Positions 7,178 through 16,365 of a DNA stretch of 57,792 nt are shown here, in pieces. The position numbers and the translations under genes were made by a program. The notes beneath the pieces are model-generated. The model searched no databases. It was not told the origin of the DNA and saw only the letters and a list, made by a program, of their open reading frames with translations. Positions within the stretch are counted from its first letter, which is position 1. Every line of letters begins with the position of its first letter. The stretch is from a virus (Duplodnaviria; Caudoviricetes), in the IMG/VR virus record IMGVR_UViG_3300043420_000463, positions 1 to 57,792 of that record, one strand, 5' to 3'.

Positions 7178-7423
7178 ATGACATTCACTGTTTATTCAAA
7201 ACAAGGTTGTCCATATTGTGAGAGAATCAAGTTGTTATTTGAACTAAACGAATTCAAGTTTGTAGAATATCAATTAGATAGAGATTTCAGTAGAGATGAA
7301 TTCTATGCTGAATTTGGTGAGGGAACTACATTCCCACAGGTTATCATGGGAGACAGTCCTCTTGGTGGATGTACAGAAACAATTAAATATCTACAGGAAA
7401 AAGATATCTGCTGTAATGTATGA
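7178..7423 (+). CDS. nrdC: Glutaredoxin
   Basis: CPYC active site, TFPQV, LGG. Confidence 0.92.
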   Translation: MTFTVYSKQGCPYCERIKLLFELNEFKFVEYQLDRDFSRDEFYAEFGEGTTFPQVIMGDSPLGGCTETIKYLQEKDICCNV

Positions 7424-7611
7424 CTGAAGTAACAGAAAAAGAATTCGAAGATAACTTTGATCAGTACATGGATCGTATTGAGAAGGGTGAAGAGTTTCTT
7501 ATCAGACTTCCTGATGGTCGTGCTGTTGCTGCTGTGCCAGTTGACGAAGAGATCCAAAAGATACTTGACATCATGCCCAACATAGAGTATGATGACGAAG
7601 TTGATTTCTAA
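7420..7611 (+). CDS. Phd/YefM antitoxin-like small protein
   Basis: VTEKEFEDNFDQYMDRIEKGEEFLI...GRAVAAVP pattern with acidic tail. Confidence 0.55.
   Translation: MTEVTEKEFEDNFDQYMDRIEKGEEFLIRLPDGRAVAAVPVDEEIQKILDIMPNIEYDDEVDF
7565..7593 (+). promoter_or_regulatory. Sigma70-type promoter
   Basis: TTGACA-N17-TATGAT. Confidence 0.65.
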
Positions 7612-7616
7612 ACCTG

Positions 7617-7850
7617 ATGAAACCTGAAGTTTTACTTGAGCGTTTTCCCTATCGTTATGTTACTATCGGTATGCTAGAAAATGGCAAACCCGATTATCGA
7701 ATTCAAAAGTGGCACGACTGGACTAAACGCTATCGTGACATGTATCTTTGTGATAATCAACTCCAGTGTTCCATTGCTATGGAAGACTTTGAATACACTA
7801 AATGGTTAGACCCCGATCCTGAAGTAGGAGCATATCGTAAGTATGATTAG
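7617..7850 (+). CDS. Cyanophage hypothetical protein
   Basis: 77-aa ORF tightly packed with neighbours. Confidence 0.8.
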   Translation: MKPEVLLERFPYRYVTIGMLENGKPDYRIQKWHDWTKRYRDMYLCDNQLQCSIAMEDFEYTKWLDPDPEVGAYRKYD

Positions 7851-8127
7851 TTCTAAACTTGCTACAGCAGAAGATGCTGTCCGTGAAGCTTTGATCTATG
7901 CCTTAGAGAAAAAGCGTTATAAGAGTGTCCATGACTTGTTTCAACTCTTAGATACTATTGTTACACTAAAAAATAGCAATAATGACTATGTGTTTTCTTT
8001 AAACACTGATAATATTCCTGGTTATCCAGACATGGTTACCAGTCAAGAAACAGTTGATTACCTCAACAATCTAGGTAATATTAAGATTACCAGCACAAAC
8101 ACTGATGATGTAATTTCTTTTGGGTAA
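7843..8127 (+). CDS. Hypothetical protein
   Basis: 94-aa ORF overlapping both neighbours. Confidence 0.75.
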   Translation: MISSKLATAEDAVREALIYALEKKRYKSVHDLFQLLDTIVTLKNSNNDYVFSLNTDNIPGYPDMVTSQETVDYLNNLGNIKITSTNTDDVISFG

Positions 8128-8303
8128 TGAAAAACTTTCGTATCGTAGAAGAACTTGACAACGGCGAAGAAGTAATTACTTATTTCCAAGTCGAAGAATA
8201 TGAAGACGGTTACTACTATGTCTATAATGACACTGAAGTAGGTCCTTTCCCTACTCTAGATGACGCTGTAGAGGGTGCTCAAGCAGATTTAGTACCTGTA
8301 TAG
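8127..8303 (+). CDS. Small acidic hypothetical protein (58 aa)
   Basis: TAATG coupling; MKNFRIVEELDNGEEVITYFQVEEYEDGYYYVYNDTEVGPFPTLDDAVEGAQADLVPV. Confidence 0.7.
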   Translation: MKNFRIVEELDNGEEVITYFQVEEYEDGYYYVYNDTEVGPFPTLDDAVEGAQADLVPV

Positions 8304-8308
8304 TACAC

Positions 8309-8545
8309 GTCTCGGGATGACGCTAAAAGCGCCCTGGTCGGGATGGGTCATCGACCCCTCGGGTTTCCAGTTTTTCCATAAGAACTGGTGGTGCGGATGG
8401 GACTCTCTCCCGCCTGGTTTCCAAGTTCCAGTTAAAAATTTGGTGGTGGATCCAAAAGACCCCTTCCGTGTGGTTGTTTTCCTGTTTAGCATCTGAAATA
8501 ATAAAACAGGTGGCGAGCCTAGCAGGGAGGAGTGACGCCCTCCCA
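8309..8545 (+). ncRNA. Large structured RNA, manA/wcaG-motif-like
   Basis: About 240 nt GC-rich intergenic region with three GTTT-CC-stem-GG-TGGYG units and several hairpins, directly before tRNA-Gly; family from recollection. Confidence 0.65.
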
Positions 8546-8548
8546 CCC

Positions 8549-8619
8549 GCGGGTATGGTGTAGTGGTAACACGTCATCCTTCCAAGTTGAAATCAGGGGT
8601 TCGAATCCCCTTACCCGCT
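8549..8619 (+). tRNA. tRNA-Gly(TCC)
   Basis: GCGGGTA/TACCCGC acceptor, loop CTTCCAA. Confidence 0.93.
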
Positions 8620-8665
8620 TCCAGGAGTAATCCTGGTTTTTTCTTAATCATAACATTAAAAAATT

Positions 8666-9034
8666 ATGAAACAATTTATTGCTCTTGCTGCTCTCCCCCT
8701 GATGGCAGCACCTGCTATGGCAGGTCCTTATGTGAACATCGAATCTAACACTGGTCTTGTTGGTGGTGAGTATGGCGCTACCCTGATCGAGAACCATATT
8801 GGTTACGAAGGCAAACTGAGTGAGACCGTTACTGGTTACGTTCAGGCTGGTCCTGCTGTTGCTATCCCCAACGGTAGCGACACTGAACTGGAAGTGTCTG
8901 GTAAGTTCGGTATCAACGTTGCTGCTACTGACAACCTGGGCATCTACGGTGAAGTCTGGGGTGCTAGCACCAACGGTCTGGAATTTGATGACTTCCTGAC
9001 TAACTTGAAAGTTGGTGTGAAGTACACCTTCTGA
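8666..9034 (+). CDS. Small outer-membrane beta-barrel-like protein
   Basis: Signal peptide ending AMA, amphipathic strands, C-terminal VGVKYTF signature. Confidence 0.75.
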   Translation: MKQFIALAALPLMAAPAMAGPYVNIESNTGLVGGEYGATLIENHIGYEGKLSETVTGYVQAGPAVAIPNGSDTELEVSGKFGINVAATDNLGIYGEVWGASTNGLEFDDFLTNLKVGVKYTF

Positions 9035-9056
9035 TAACCAGTTAGGAAATCGTCAC

Positions 9057-9093
9057 AGAGGGGCTTGACGCCCCTCTTTTTTTGTTATATACT
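9057..9093 (+). terminator. Intrinsic terminator with embedded sigma70 promoter
   Basis: AGAGGGGC/GCCCCTCT plus T tract; TTGACG starting in the loop, N17, TATACT 9088-9093. Confidence 0.8.
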
Positions 9094-9120
9094 ATGTAAA
9101 GATTTACAACTGAAAGTGAC

Positions 9121-9324
9121 ATGACTGTAACTAGTAACGAGCTTGGACAACAAAATATGTGGGCAAAGGAACCGCCCATGGTGTATGAAGAATATAATCG
9201 TAAAGGTCTAATGACCCCCTATCAACGTATCGAGATGTACAATGGACGCTGGGCTATGGTCGGTATTATTGCTGGTGCTATTTCTTATGCTATCACTGGT
9301 AAACTTTTCTTCGGCATCTTCTGA
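9121..9324 (+). CDS. hli: High-light-inducible protein
   Basis: EMYNGRWAMVG chlorophyll-binding motif; TGKLFFGIF end. Confidence 0.92.
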   Translation: MTVTSNELGQQNMWAKEPPMVYEEYNRKGLMTPYQRIEMYNGRWAMVGIIAGAISYAITGKLFFGIF

Positions 9325-9338
9325 CAAAGACCTTGACA

Positions 9339-9425
9339 ATGACTGAGATTTTGTTTACAATGACATCCGTTGCCTTCTTCGTTCTGTTGGCAGCGTCTGT
9401 AGAAAAAATTTGTGAGACTTATTAA
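9339..9425 (+). CDS. 28-aa single-TM peptide
   Basis: [28 protein letters not shown]; TAATG coupling to petF. Confidence 0.6.
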   Translation: MTEILFTMTSVAFFVLLAASVEKICETY

Positions 9426-9718
9426 TGACTACCTTCAACGTTACTCTCCAATCTCCTGACGGCACTGAAACTAGTTTCGAATGTCCCGATGATCAATACA
9501 TTCTTGATGCTGCTGAGGAGGCAGGTATTGATCTTCCATCTAGTTGCCGTGCTGGTGCTTGCTCTGCCTGTGCTGGTAAGATTCTTTCTGGCACAGTAGA
9601 TAACGAGGAGCAATCCTTCCTTGATGATGAACAAATCGAAGATGGTTGGGTCCTCACTTGTGTGGCGTATCCCACGAGCGATTGTGTCATCCTGACTGAG
9701 CAAGAAGAGAACCTGTGA
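9425..9718 (+). CDS. petF: Plant-type [2Fe-2S] ferredoxin
   Basis: [13 protein letters not shown]...VLTCVAYP. Confidence 0.97.
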   Translation: MTTFNVTLQSPDGTETSFECPDDQYILDAAEEAGIDLPSSCRAGACSACAGKILSGTVDNEEQSFLDDEQIEDGWVLTCVAYPTSDCVILTEQEENL

Positions 9719-9903
9719 GTGCTAATATGCTTGGGCAACTTGGAGTTGCCCTCCAAAGTCTAGATTGGAATGATCTAGAACTAGAAGTGAAAGTGGCAGG
9801 CACCCTTAAGAATGACAAGTTTATTGTCATCAAACCTGTCAAAGAAAAACTTATTTGTAATCCTAACCCTGAACTAAAACAGAAACATGACCCGAGTACC
9901 TGA
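9715..9903 (+). CDS. Hypothetical protein
   Basis: GTGA overlap with petF; 62 aa. Confidence 0.65.
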   Translation: MSANMLGQLGVALQSLDWNDLELEVKVAGTLKNDKFIVIKPVKEKLICNPNPELKQKHDPST

Positions 9904-10396
9904 AGTAAATTTCGTATTTCGAAACGCTGCTACAAAATCTTTTGAAACTAAAACTACTAGCGATCTTTTTCGTGGTCGTCGAGTAGCGTTGTTCTCACTG
10001 CCTGGTGCCTTCACTCCTACGTGTAGCACTTTTCAACTTCCTGGTTATGATACCAAGTATAAAGAGTTTACCAAGTATGACATTCATGATGTCTATTGTC
10101 TGTCTATTAATGACGGATTTGTTATGAATGCTTGGGCAAAAGAACTGGGTATCATGAATGTAAAAATGATTCCAGATGGAAATGGAGACTTTACTCGTGC
10201 CATGGGAATGCAGGTAGAGAAAGCTAACCTTGGATTTGGTTATCGTTCTTGGCGATATTCTATGGTAGTAGATGATGGAGAAATTCAAGTTATGTTTGTT
10301 GAGGATGGTAAGATTGGAAACTGTCCTACTGATCCTTACGAAGTGAGTGATCCAGACACCATGCTTAACTGGCTAAAGACTAGCAAATATGCTTAA
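9887..10396 (+). CDS. Peroxiredoxin (Prx5/type II)
   Basis: LPGAFTPTCS, ND.FVMNAW, RSWRYSM. Confidence 0.93.
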   Translation: MTRVPEVNFVFRNAATKSFETKTTSDLFRGRRVALFSLPGAFTPTCSTFQLPGYDTKYKEFTKYDIHDVYCLSINDGFVMNAWAKELGIMNVKMIPDGNGDFTRAMGMQVEKANLGFGYRSWRYSMVVDDGEIQVMFVEDGKIGNCPTDPYEVSDPDTMLNWLKTSKYA

Positions 10397-10550
10397 GTAT
10401 ATCTTCGCTGAGATCCGCTGGGGTTCTCTATCCCCTCAACAAAAAGAAAAACTCTCTACACTATCTCTAGTAGAGACTTTACGTTCTCCCTACCTTGAGT
10501 ACAAGTACTCTTCTCCTAACCAAACACAAACACTACGGAGGTTCAAATGA
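10389..10550 (+). CDS. Small hypothetical protein (53 aa)
   Basis: Manual: MLKYIFAEIRWGSLSPQQKEKL...; overlaps both neighbours. Confidence 0.55.
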   Translation: MLKYIFAEIRWGSLSPQQKEKLSTLSLVETLRSPYLEYKYSSPNQTQTLRRFK

Positions 10551-10672
10551 AATCACCTTTCGGTTTTACCCCTGAGGCAGAGATCCTCAACGCTCGTCTG
10601 GCAATGCTCGGTTTCGTTGCTGGAGTTGGAGCGTATTTGATGACAGGTCAAATCATCCCTGGCATTCTGTGA
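10547..10672 (+). CDS. hli: High-light-inducible protein (41 aa, missed by the ORF track)
   Basis: GGAGG RBS; MKSPFGFTPEAEILNARLAMLGFVAGVGAYLMTGQIIPGIL. Confidence 0.93.
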   Translation: MKSPFGFTPEAEILNARLAMLGFVAGVGAYLMTGQIIPGIL

Positions 10673-10703
10673 TAAATAACAATTGAATATCGTCGGCGCA
10701 TGA

Positions 10704-10744
10704 TAAAGGGGTCTCTGGCAAAAACCAGAAGACCCCTCTTTTAT
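10704..10744. terminator. Probable bidirectional terminator
   Basis: AGGGGTCT-CTGG/CCAG-AGACCCCT stem between convergent genes. Confidence 0.75.
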
Positions 10745-10745
10745 A

Positions 10746-13700
10746 TCATGCTTGGGCTTCAGTCCAAGAGATACGAGCGTCAATCTTAGCAGAAGAGCTA
10801 CCGATGTTTGTAACTCTAATACCAATAACTTCTGGACCATCTGGATAAAGTCCAGTTGGATTTGGAGAAGTTGATGTAGCATAGTTATTTGTACCTCCAC
10901 CTAAAATAGAATTGGAGATTTCTTTAACAGTTGATAAACTATAACTTTGTGGTACAGCATTGCCATCAGAACCACCAGCATAGAATCCATAAATTACTTC
11001 GCCGCCAATGAAATCAACATCAGATCTTCCATCGAAGTTAGAATATTGTGCTAGTGATGTTCCGCCGACTGCTAACCAGTCTGTGCTAATTGTTGGGATT
11101 GGATTTAGTAGTAGTTCTACGAAGAACTGACCCTCAGATAGTACGTCCATGCTACGGAACACTAACTGCATTCTGTTTACAAGTTCTCTTGTACTAAAGT
11201 TTCCAATGATACCATTATCTACTGAAGGTGATAGTCTCAGAGCAAGGATAGAACGAGTCTTATTGTTACCAGTACCAATAGATCTTCTCAATTTAGTACC
11301 AACGGTATAAACATATGCTCTATCTTCGTCATATAAACCATCCATAATAACAGATGAACCCCAGTGTGAGATTTGTGGGACTGATGTCGCTTGAAGAAGT
11401 TCGGCAGAGATTGGTTGAGTAGCACTGTATGTGAATGTTTGAGCAGAACCATTGCTCATTGGTACGAATTTAACTCCAGTTGGATTGGCAGTTGTAACTG
11501 CTTTACTTAGTTTTACTTGAGTACCACTTGGAATACCGCTTACAAAAGTATCGCTATCAATACCAGCACCGATTACTCTTTGACCAATTTGTAGATTTGA
11601 GGAATCAGATACCGTTGCTGTTGATTCTCCTACAGCAACGGTTAAATTGATACCAGATAATTCTCCTGCCTTTTCTCTAACTAACCCAGAGAATTTACCA
11701 CCCTCTACGATTGCTAGAGGTGATAGAGCAGAACCAGTTTCATCGTTGATGAGTGTAATGCCAGTGCCACTATTAGCAATATCAGTAATTTGGAATGAGT
11801 TGGTCGTTTTGCTTGCTACCCAATATCTTTTTCCAGCAACAATGTTTGAAATTGGTCTATCAAAAGTGATTGGTTGGATACCACCTGCAACAATACCACT
11901 GGTATTTGCTACGAATATATTGTTATTTACAATAGAAATAACATCTTGTTTGAAAGTTGTCAACGAAGTGTAGTTGACATACTCATATGTTCCTAAGAAA
12001 TCTGGAGAAACCGCTGTAGTTTTTCTCAATCTTAGCGTTCCTGCTGGCGGGAATTTTAATGGTGCCTTGTCTGTATAGATATCAGTTGATCCAGGAGCAA
12101 TATCCTTGTAGATAGTAACTGCTGGTGGAATTGTATTGACTTCATAACGAGATGGTAGGTTACCAGATCTCATATATGCTTCAGTATTCTGGTTGTTGTT
12201 TGGAATTTTGTGTACATATTGTACGTTGCCGTCTAGAGATCTAAATCCCCAACGAATAAAACCAGCACCATACCAAGAGTAATCCATGTAGAACATTTGC
12301 ATCTTGGTGATGTCAAGTGTGTAACCAGATTTGCCACTACCATCCATACGGTCAATGTTCCACTCGGATTGTAACCATTCAGTTTCTACAGTTTTTGTGA
12401 TTGGAACATTAACAGCAGAAGGTCCACGATAATCTGGGAAGATAATGATTTGAGTGTCAGAAACAATACCATCTACACGGTATGATGAACCACGTAGTAC
12501 TATATAATCACCAGGCTTTAGCTGTTTGGAAAACTTGGTTGGTTCTTGGTTTGCTCCAGAATAACTAGAAACAATAGTGCTTCCTGCTGTGACAGTTGCT
12601 TTGCCAGATAACTGATAGGTGGAAGATCTACGAACAACGCTTAAATCTCCATTGCTATAACGGAAGAAGATACCGTTTTGCTGATCCATCATACCAATTT
12701 CTAGGTTCACTCCGTAAGAATTAATCGGAGTTACTGTATACTCTCCAGAAGCAGTGGATTCTGAAGGAGCAGATGGGACAGTGTATTTAAATTTATAAGC
12801 ATTGATAACTTCTGTTACCTGATGTTCTCCATTGTATAGGTTATCATTGCAGTTTCTAACGTCTACAATTGTGTCTGTTGTGAGATTGTGGGGAACTGCT
12901 GAGACAACGGTTACAGTTGTGCCAGAAGCTGTAATGCTATCAATATTTTCAATAGCAGGAGCAAGAATAGAACCAGTGGAGAATGCTACACCTTTACCAG
13001 ATTGGTAGCGGAAGTATCTTTTTGTTTGTCTAATTGCTTGTTGGTTCTTGGAGGTTGAATTGGTGGAGAACTTAACACCACCATCAAATGCTCTGTGAAC
13101 TGAAGAACCCTGTGGTCTTGGGAAGATTTTAATTGTTCCAGTATTAATAGATCCTGTGGGTTCTAATGTACCAGGAAAATAATAGAATGATGATGGACTT
13201 GTTACTCTAGCAACAGTCCATGATCCGTTTACATTTGTGCCAGAAGATCCTACGATAGCAAACTCGTTACCAACTTCTAGACCATGAGCTTGGTCACACT
13301 CTACTAAAATACTAAAGTCTGCTTGCTTAGTTAGAGTGAGACCACCAGTTCCTGCTCCAATATCAGAACCAGTGTAGTGAATTCCTGTGTAAATAGCAGT
13401 TCTCGAATCATCTTCGATAGATCCTGATCCAGCAGACCAAGAATATTTGGCGGTATAGATAAATTGATTATTAGTTAATCCAAAACCACCACCAGTTCCA
13501 GCGTGATCGATGATGAATACACCATTAGCGCCATCAAAAATTGTGTCTTGAACATAGATTGCCGAACCAGAAGCTGGTAGCGTTGATAAACCAATGTCGA
13601 TAGTGACTTTGATAGTTCTACTATTCGTTGTTGCTTCAACTTGAGTAACAGCAAGAGAATTACTAGACTTATAAGCAAATGGGTTGTTGTTGATCATTGC

Positions 13701-14102
13701 CAACGATTCCCACTTGGTATCCTGAGTACCATATTCAAAGTCAGTATCAATTTGTGACTGTGGTTGTGATACCTTTGACTTGTTTACAGCGTCATGATAT
13801 GTTTCTGCTGGAGTAATAGTCTCCTCAAAGTCATCATAGACAATCTGTAGTTTGTCTGTGTCAGACATTGATGTAGTATCATATGCCAAGACAACTCTAG
13901 TCGTGACAACATTACGAATATCAGTAGAAATTTGATAAGCAGTGGCAGTAAGTTCTGGATCCGAGAAATTGTAGATTACTTTGTTATCAGTAACATTAGT
14001 AATAAGAACTAATTGTTCTCTCTGGATACCACCAGGGATTACTACCTCTCTTTCCGAAGCGTCAAAGAGATAGTAATTACTTTTAATGGATTTTCTCGCC
14101 AT
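10746..14102 (-). CDS. Large virion structural protein (1118 aa)
   Basis: Beta-rich with repeated HGL/HNL fibre-type modules, DTDFEYGTQDTKWE; ATAAATA upstream. Confidence 0.75.
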   Translation of the reverse strand: MARKSIKSNYYLFDASEREVVIPGGIQREQLVLITNVTDNKVIYNFSDPELTATAYQISTDIRNVVTTRVVLAYDTTSMSDTDKLQIVYDDFEETITPAETYHDAVNKSKVSQPQSQIDTDFEYGTQDTKWESLAMINNNPFAYKSSNSLAVTQVEATTNSRTIKVTIDIGLSTLPASGSAIYVQDTIFDGANGVFIIDHAGTGGGFGLTNNQFIYTAKYSWSAGSGSIEDDSRTAIYTGIHYTGSDIGAGTGGLTLTKQADFSILVECDQAHGLEVGNEFAIVGSSGTNVNGSWTVARVTSPSSFYYFPGTLEPTGSINTGTIKIFPRPQGSSVHRAFDGGVKFSTNSTSKNQQAIRQTKRYFRYQSGKGVAFSTGSILAPAIENIDSITASGTTVTVVSAVPHNLTTDTIVDVRNCNDNLYNGEHQVTEVINAYKFKYTVPSAPSESTASGEYTVTPINSYGVNLEIGMMDQQNGIFFRYSNGDLSVVRRSSTYQLSGKATVTAGSTIVSSYSGANQEPTKFSKQLKPGDYIVLRGSSYRVDGIVSDTQIIIFPDYRGPSAVNVPITKTVETEWLQSEWNIDRMDGSGKSGYTLDITKMQMFYMDYSWYGAGFIRWGFRSLDGNVQYVHKIPNNNQNTEAYMRSGNLPSRYEVNTIPPAVTIYKDIAPGSTDIYTDKAPLKFPPAGTLRLRKTTAVSPDFLGTYEYVNYTSLTTFKQDVISIVNNNIFVANTSGIVAGGIQPITFDRPISNIVAGKRYWVASKTTNSFQITDIANSGTGITLINDETGSALSPLAIVEGGKFSGLVREKAGELSGINLTVAVGESTATVSDSSNLQIGQRVIGAGIDSDTFVSGIPSGTQVKLSKAVTTANPTGVKFVPMSNGSAQTFTYSATQPISAELLQATSVPQISHWGSSVIMDGLYDEDRAYVYTVGTKLRRSIGTGNNKTRSILALRLSPSVDNGIIGNFSTRELVNRMQLVFRSMDVLSEGQFFVELLLNPIPTISTDWLAVGGTSLAQYSNFDGRSDVDFIGGEVIYGFYAGGSDGNAVPQSYSLSTVKEISNSILGGGTNNYATSTSPNPTGLYPDGPEVIGIRVTNIGSSSAKIDARISWTEAQA

Positions 14103-14145
14103 TACTTAGTGCCTCTAAATAGATATTCTTTGCTCTATCTATTTA

Positions 14146-16353
14146 TCAGGCAGGGGTTCTTGTGCTTGTCAAACCAGGATCTGTGCTTGCTGGAACACCA
14201 GTATATTTTTCACGGGTGGCGTTGTAGTTTTGGAATACTTGTGCTGCTGTTAGTGCTCTTGGATAGATACGAACTTCTCCAATTCTACCGTCAAAATCAA
14301 CAGATGAACCAGTAAAACTATCTCCACCAAATTCTAAATTGCTATAACTATTACTTTGAGAGTAATCGCCCGAACCAAATGTGCCTGCTACAGCTCCAGT
14401 ATCAGATGAACCATTAGTTAGTTGAGAATTTAAATAAATTCCTAAAGATTTTGACGATGAATTGAAAACTAAACTGATATGATACCAAGTATTATTTGTT
14501 ATATTAGATGGAGAAGAATCCCAATAAAGATAATTGCCACCAACTCCTCTACTTATCTGAACACTTATTAGCGTTCCATCTGACGAACCCAGAGCTCCAG
14601 ATTCCATAACTCTTGAAGAAATTCCAACAACGCTACTATTTCCACCTGTAGAGAATATCGTTCTTCTATCACTCAATAGATCTACGTATATCCAGTATTC
14701 CATAGTCCAATCAGTAGATCCATTATGTAAGAAATTCCAATCTCCTATTGATCCTACTGTAATTTTATCTCCATTAGTTCCATCAAACTCCCAGTATCCA
14801 GCGGCGTTGTAGGTGGCACCATTCACTACACCGTCATTACCTTTACCAGATTGATCTAACCAATCACCACTACCAGAATAAACATCACCCAACAGGTTCA
14901 ACTCTTGGAAGTCAGCAGGTCTAATAGCAGGGCTACCGCTATACTCAAAGCTATCAGCACTATCCATCTGTCTCTTCTTGTTAGAGACCTGAGTAGCAAG
15001 GTCATCAAAGAGTAGTTTGTTAGCGTTGAATGGATAGGTGATGAGATCGCTGGTGTCGTTTCTTACAGAACCGTCAGATATTTTACCGATGACATCGGAT
15101 GCTATGAAACCAGTGCCTACGTATTGATAATCAATTAAGGTTGCCGTCCCATCATTATATTGAAAGTCTCCAAGACCATTACCAGTGGTACTTAGTTTGC
15201 CATAAGTGTATGTGGCATCAGTGTTAGATCCAGCATCGAATAGAAAATAAATAAATGCTCCCTCATTATCGAGAGAAGGATTTGATAATACAGAAGACCC
15301 TTGATCAATACTTCTTCTCCAAACAAGGTCTCCTTTTTTATTGTAGTTTGATAGGTATATTTCGTCTGCTCCTAAAGCAAAATAATATGAGGCTACCGTA
15401 ACAGATTCTGTCACACTGTTAACAGTTAATCCTACATGCTGTATGTCTGGTGCTGATGCTCCTACAGGAAGATTGGTTTCTTTTTGCCAGATCATATTAC
15501 CTTCGGCAGTGTATTTAATTACAAAAGAATTTCTAAGTACAGTACCGACAACATAAATCTGTCCCTTGTCATCTATCTTGACGTTGGTTGCTTTTACATT
15601 TAGTACTCCAAGAGGAAATGTAGTATCTTGAGATGAGAGTGTTCTATCCCATAGAACCTCACCTGTATTTGTATCAATCTTGATAATGTATCCTTTGTTG
15701 GCAGTGTCGTCTTCAAGATATCCAACAGCAACTACTTCTCCTCTGTCGTTGGCATCGATTTTTGTGAGAACAACATCTCTACCTAACATGAATGCTGACT
15801 TGCCCCAACCAGGATTGCCATTAGCATCAAACTTTTCTACAAATGCTTGTGCTTCCCCCGATGTGGGTGTATTTCCACAAGCATAGTATTGTCCGTTGCT
15901 GTCTGATGTGACGCCCGTATATTCTACATCACCACTATTGGTAGTAGATTGCCAATCAATTACACCACCATTAGAATACTTAGCAATCCAAGGTACATCA
16001 CCAGTCTTACCAACAACAATTAGATTGTCGTTGCTATCCAACTCCATAGCACGAAGAGTTGTATTGACACCTGCTGATGGTGCTTCTACTCTTACACCCC
16101 ACTCAGCAGTTCCAGCATTATCTCTCTTTTCAAACCAACCAAATCCTTTGTTAGGAACAAGATTGGTATCTAATGCTGTTCCTGATAGTAAATACCTATC
16201 ATCAGATTCGTTATATTTTATTTCTGCTGGTACGTAACTATTGTTTGTCGTTAAGGATTGATCAATCAACTTGAAGAAGTTAGTAACAAGTTGTGATCCA
16301 GATGAACCTAATAAGAATAGGTTTCTGGCAGGACTATTAATTCCAATTGGCAT
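14146..16353 (-). CDS. Beta-propeller plus LamG/ConA-like structural protein
   Basis: Repeated .KYS.NG...W blades; DWLDQSGKGNDG...FDGRIGEVRIYPRALTAAQVFQNYNA LamG signature. Confidence 0.8.
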   Translation of the reverse strand: MPIGINSPARNLFLLGSSGSQLVTNFFKLIDQSLTTNNSYVPAEIKYNESDDRYLLSGTALDTNLVPNKGFGWFEKRDNAGTAEWGVRVEAPSAGVNTTLRAMELDSNDNLIVVGKTGDVPWIAKYSNGGVIDWQSTTNSGDVEYTGVTSDSNGQYYACGNTPTSGEAQAFVEKFDANGNPGWGKSAFMLGRDVVLTKIDANDRGEVVAVGYLEDDTANKGYIIKIDTNTGEVLWDRTLSSQDTTFPLGVLNVKATNVKIDDKGQIYVVGTVLRNSFVIKYTAEGNMIWQKETNLPVGASAPDIQHVGLTVNSVTESVTVASYYFALGADEIYLSNYNKKGDLVWRRSIDQGSSVLSNPSLDNEGAFIYFLFDAGSNTDATYTYGKLSTTGNGLGDFQYNDGTATLIDYQYVGTGFIASDVIGKISDGSVRNDTSDLITYPFNANKLLFDDLATQVSNKKRQMDSADSFEYSGSPAIRPADFQELNLLGDVYSGSGDWLDQSGKGNDGVVNGATYNAAGYWEFDGTNGDKITVGSIGDWNFLHNGSTDWTMEYWIYVDLLSDRRTIFSTGGNSSVVGISSRVMESGALGSSDGTLISVQISRGVGGNYLYWDSSPSNITNNTWYHISLVFNSSSKSLGIYLNSQLTNGSSDTGAVAGTFGSGDYSQSNSYSNLEFGGDSFTGSSVDFDGRIGEVRIYPRALTAAQVFQNYNATREKYTGVPASTDPGLTSTRTPA

Positions 16354-16365
16354 CGATCGTTATCC

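Noticed and set aside
8362-8515. Mini-CRISPR interpretation of the repeated units
   Set aside because: Units share structure, not identical sequence; no constant repeat/spacer pattern and no cas genes
8289-8577. Two minus-strand ORFs over the structured RNA
   Set aside because: Antisense to the local transcription direction with no protein-like features
9095-9108. TGTAAAGATTTACA palindrome before hli as an NtcA site
   Set aside because: Spacing is GTA-N6-TAC, not N8
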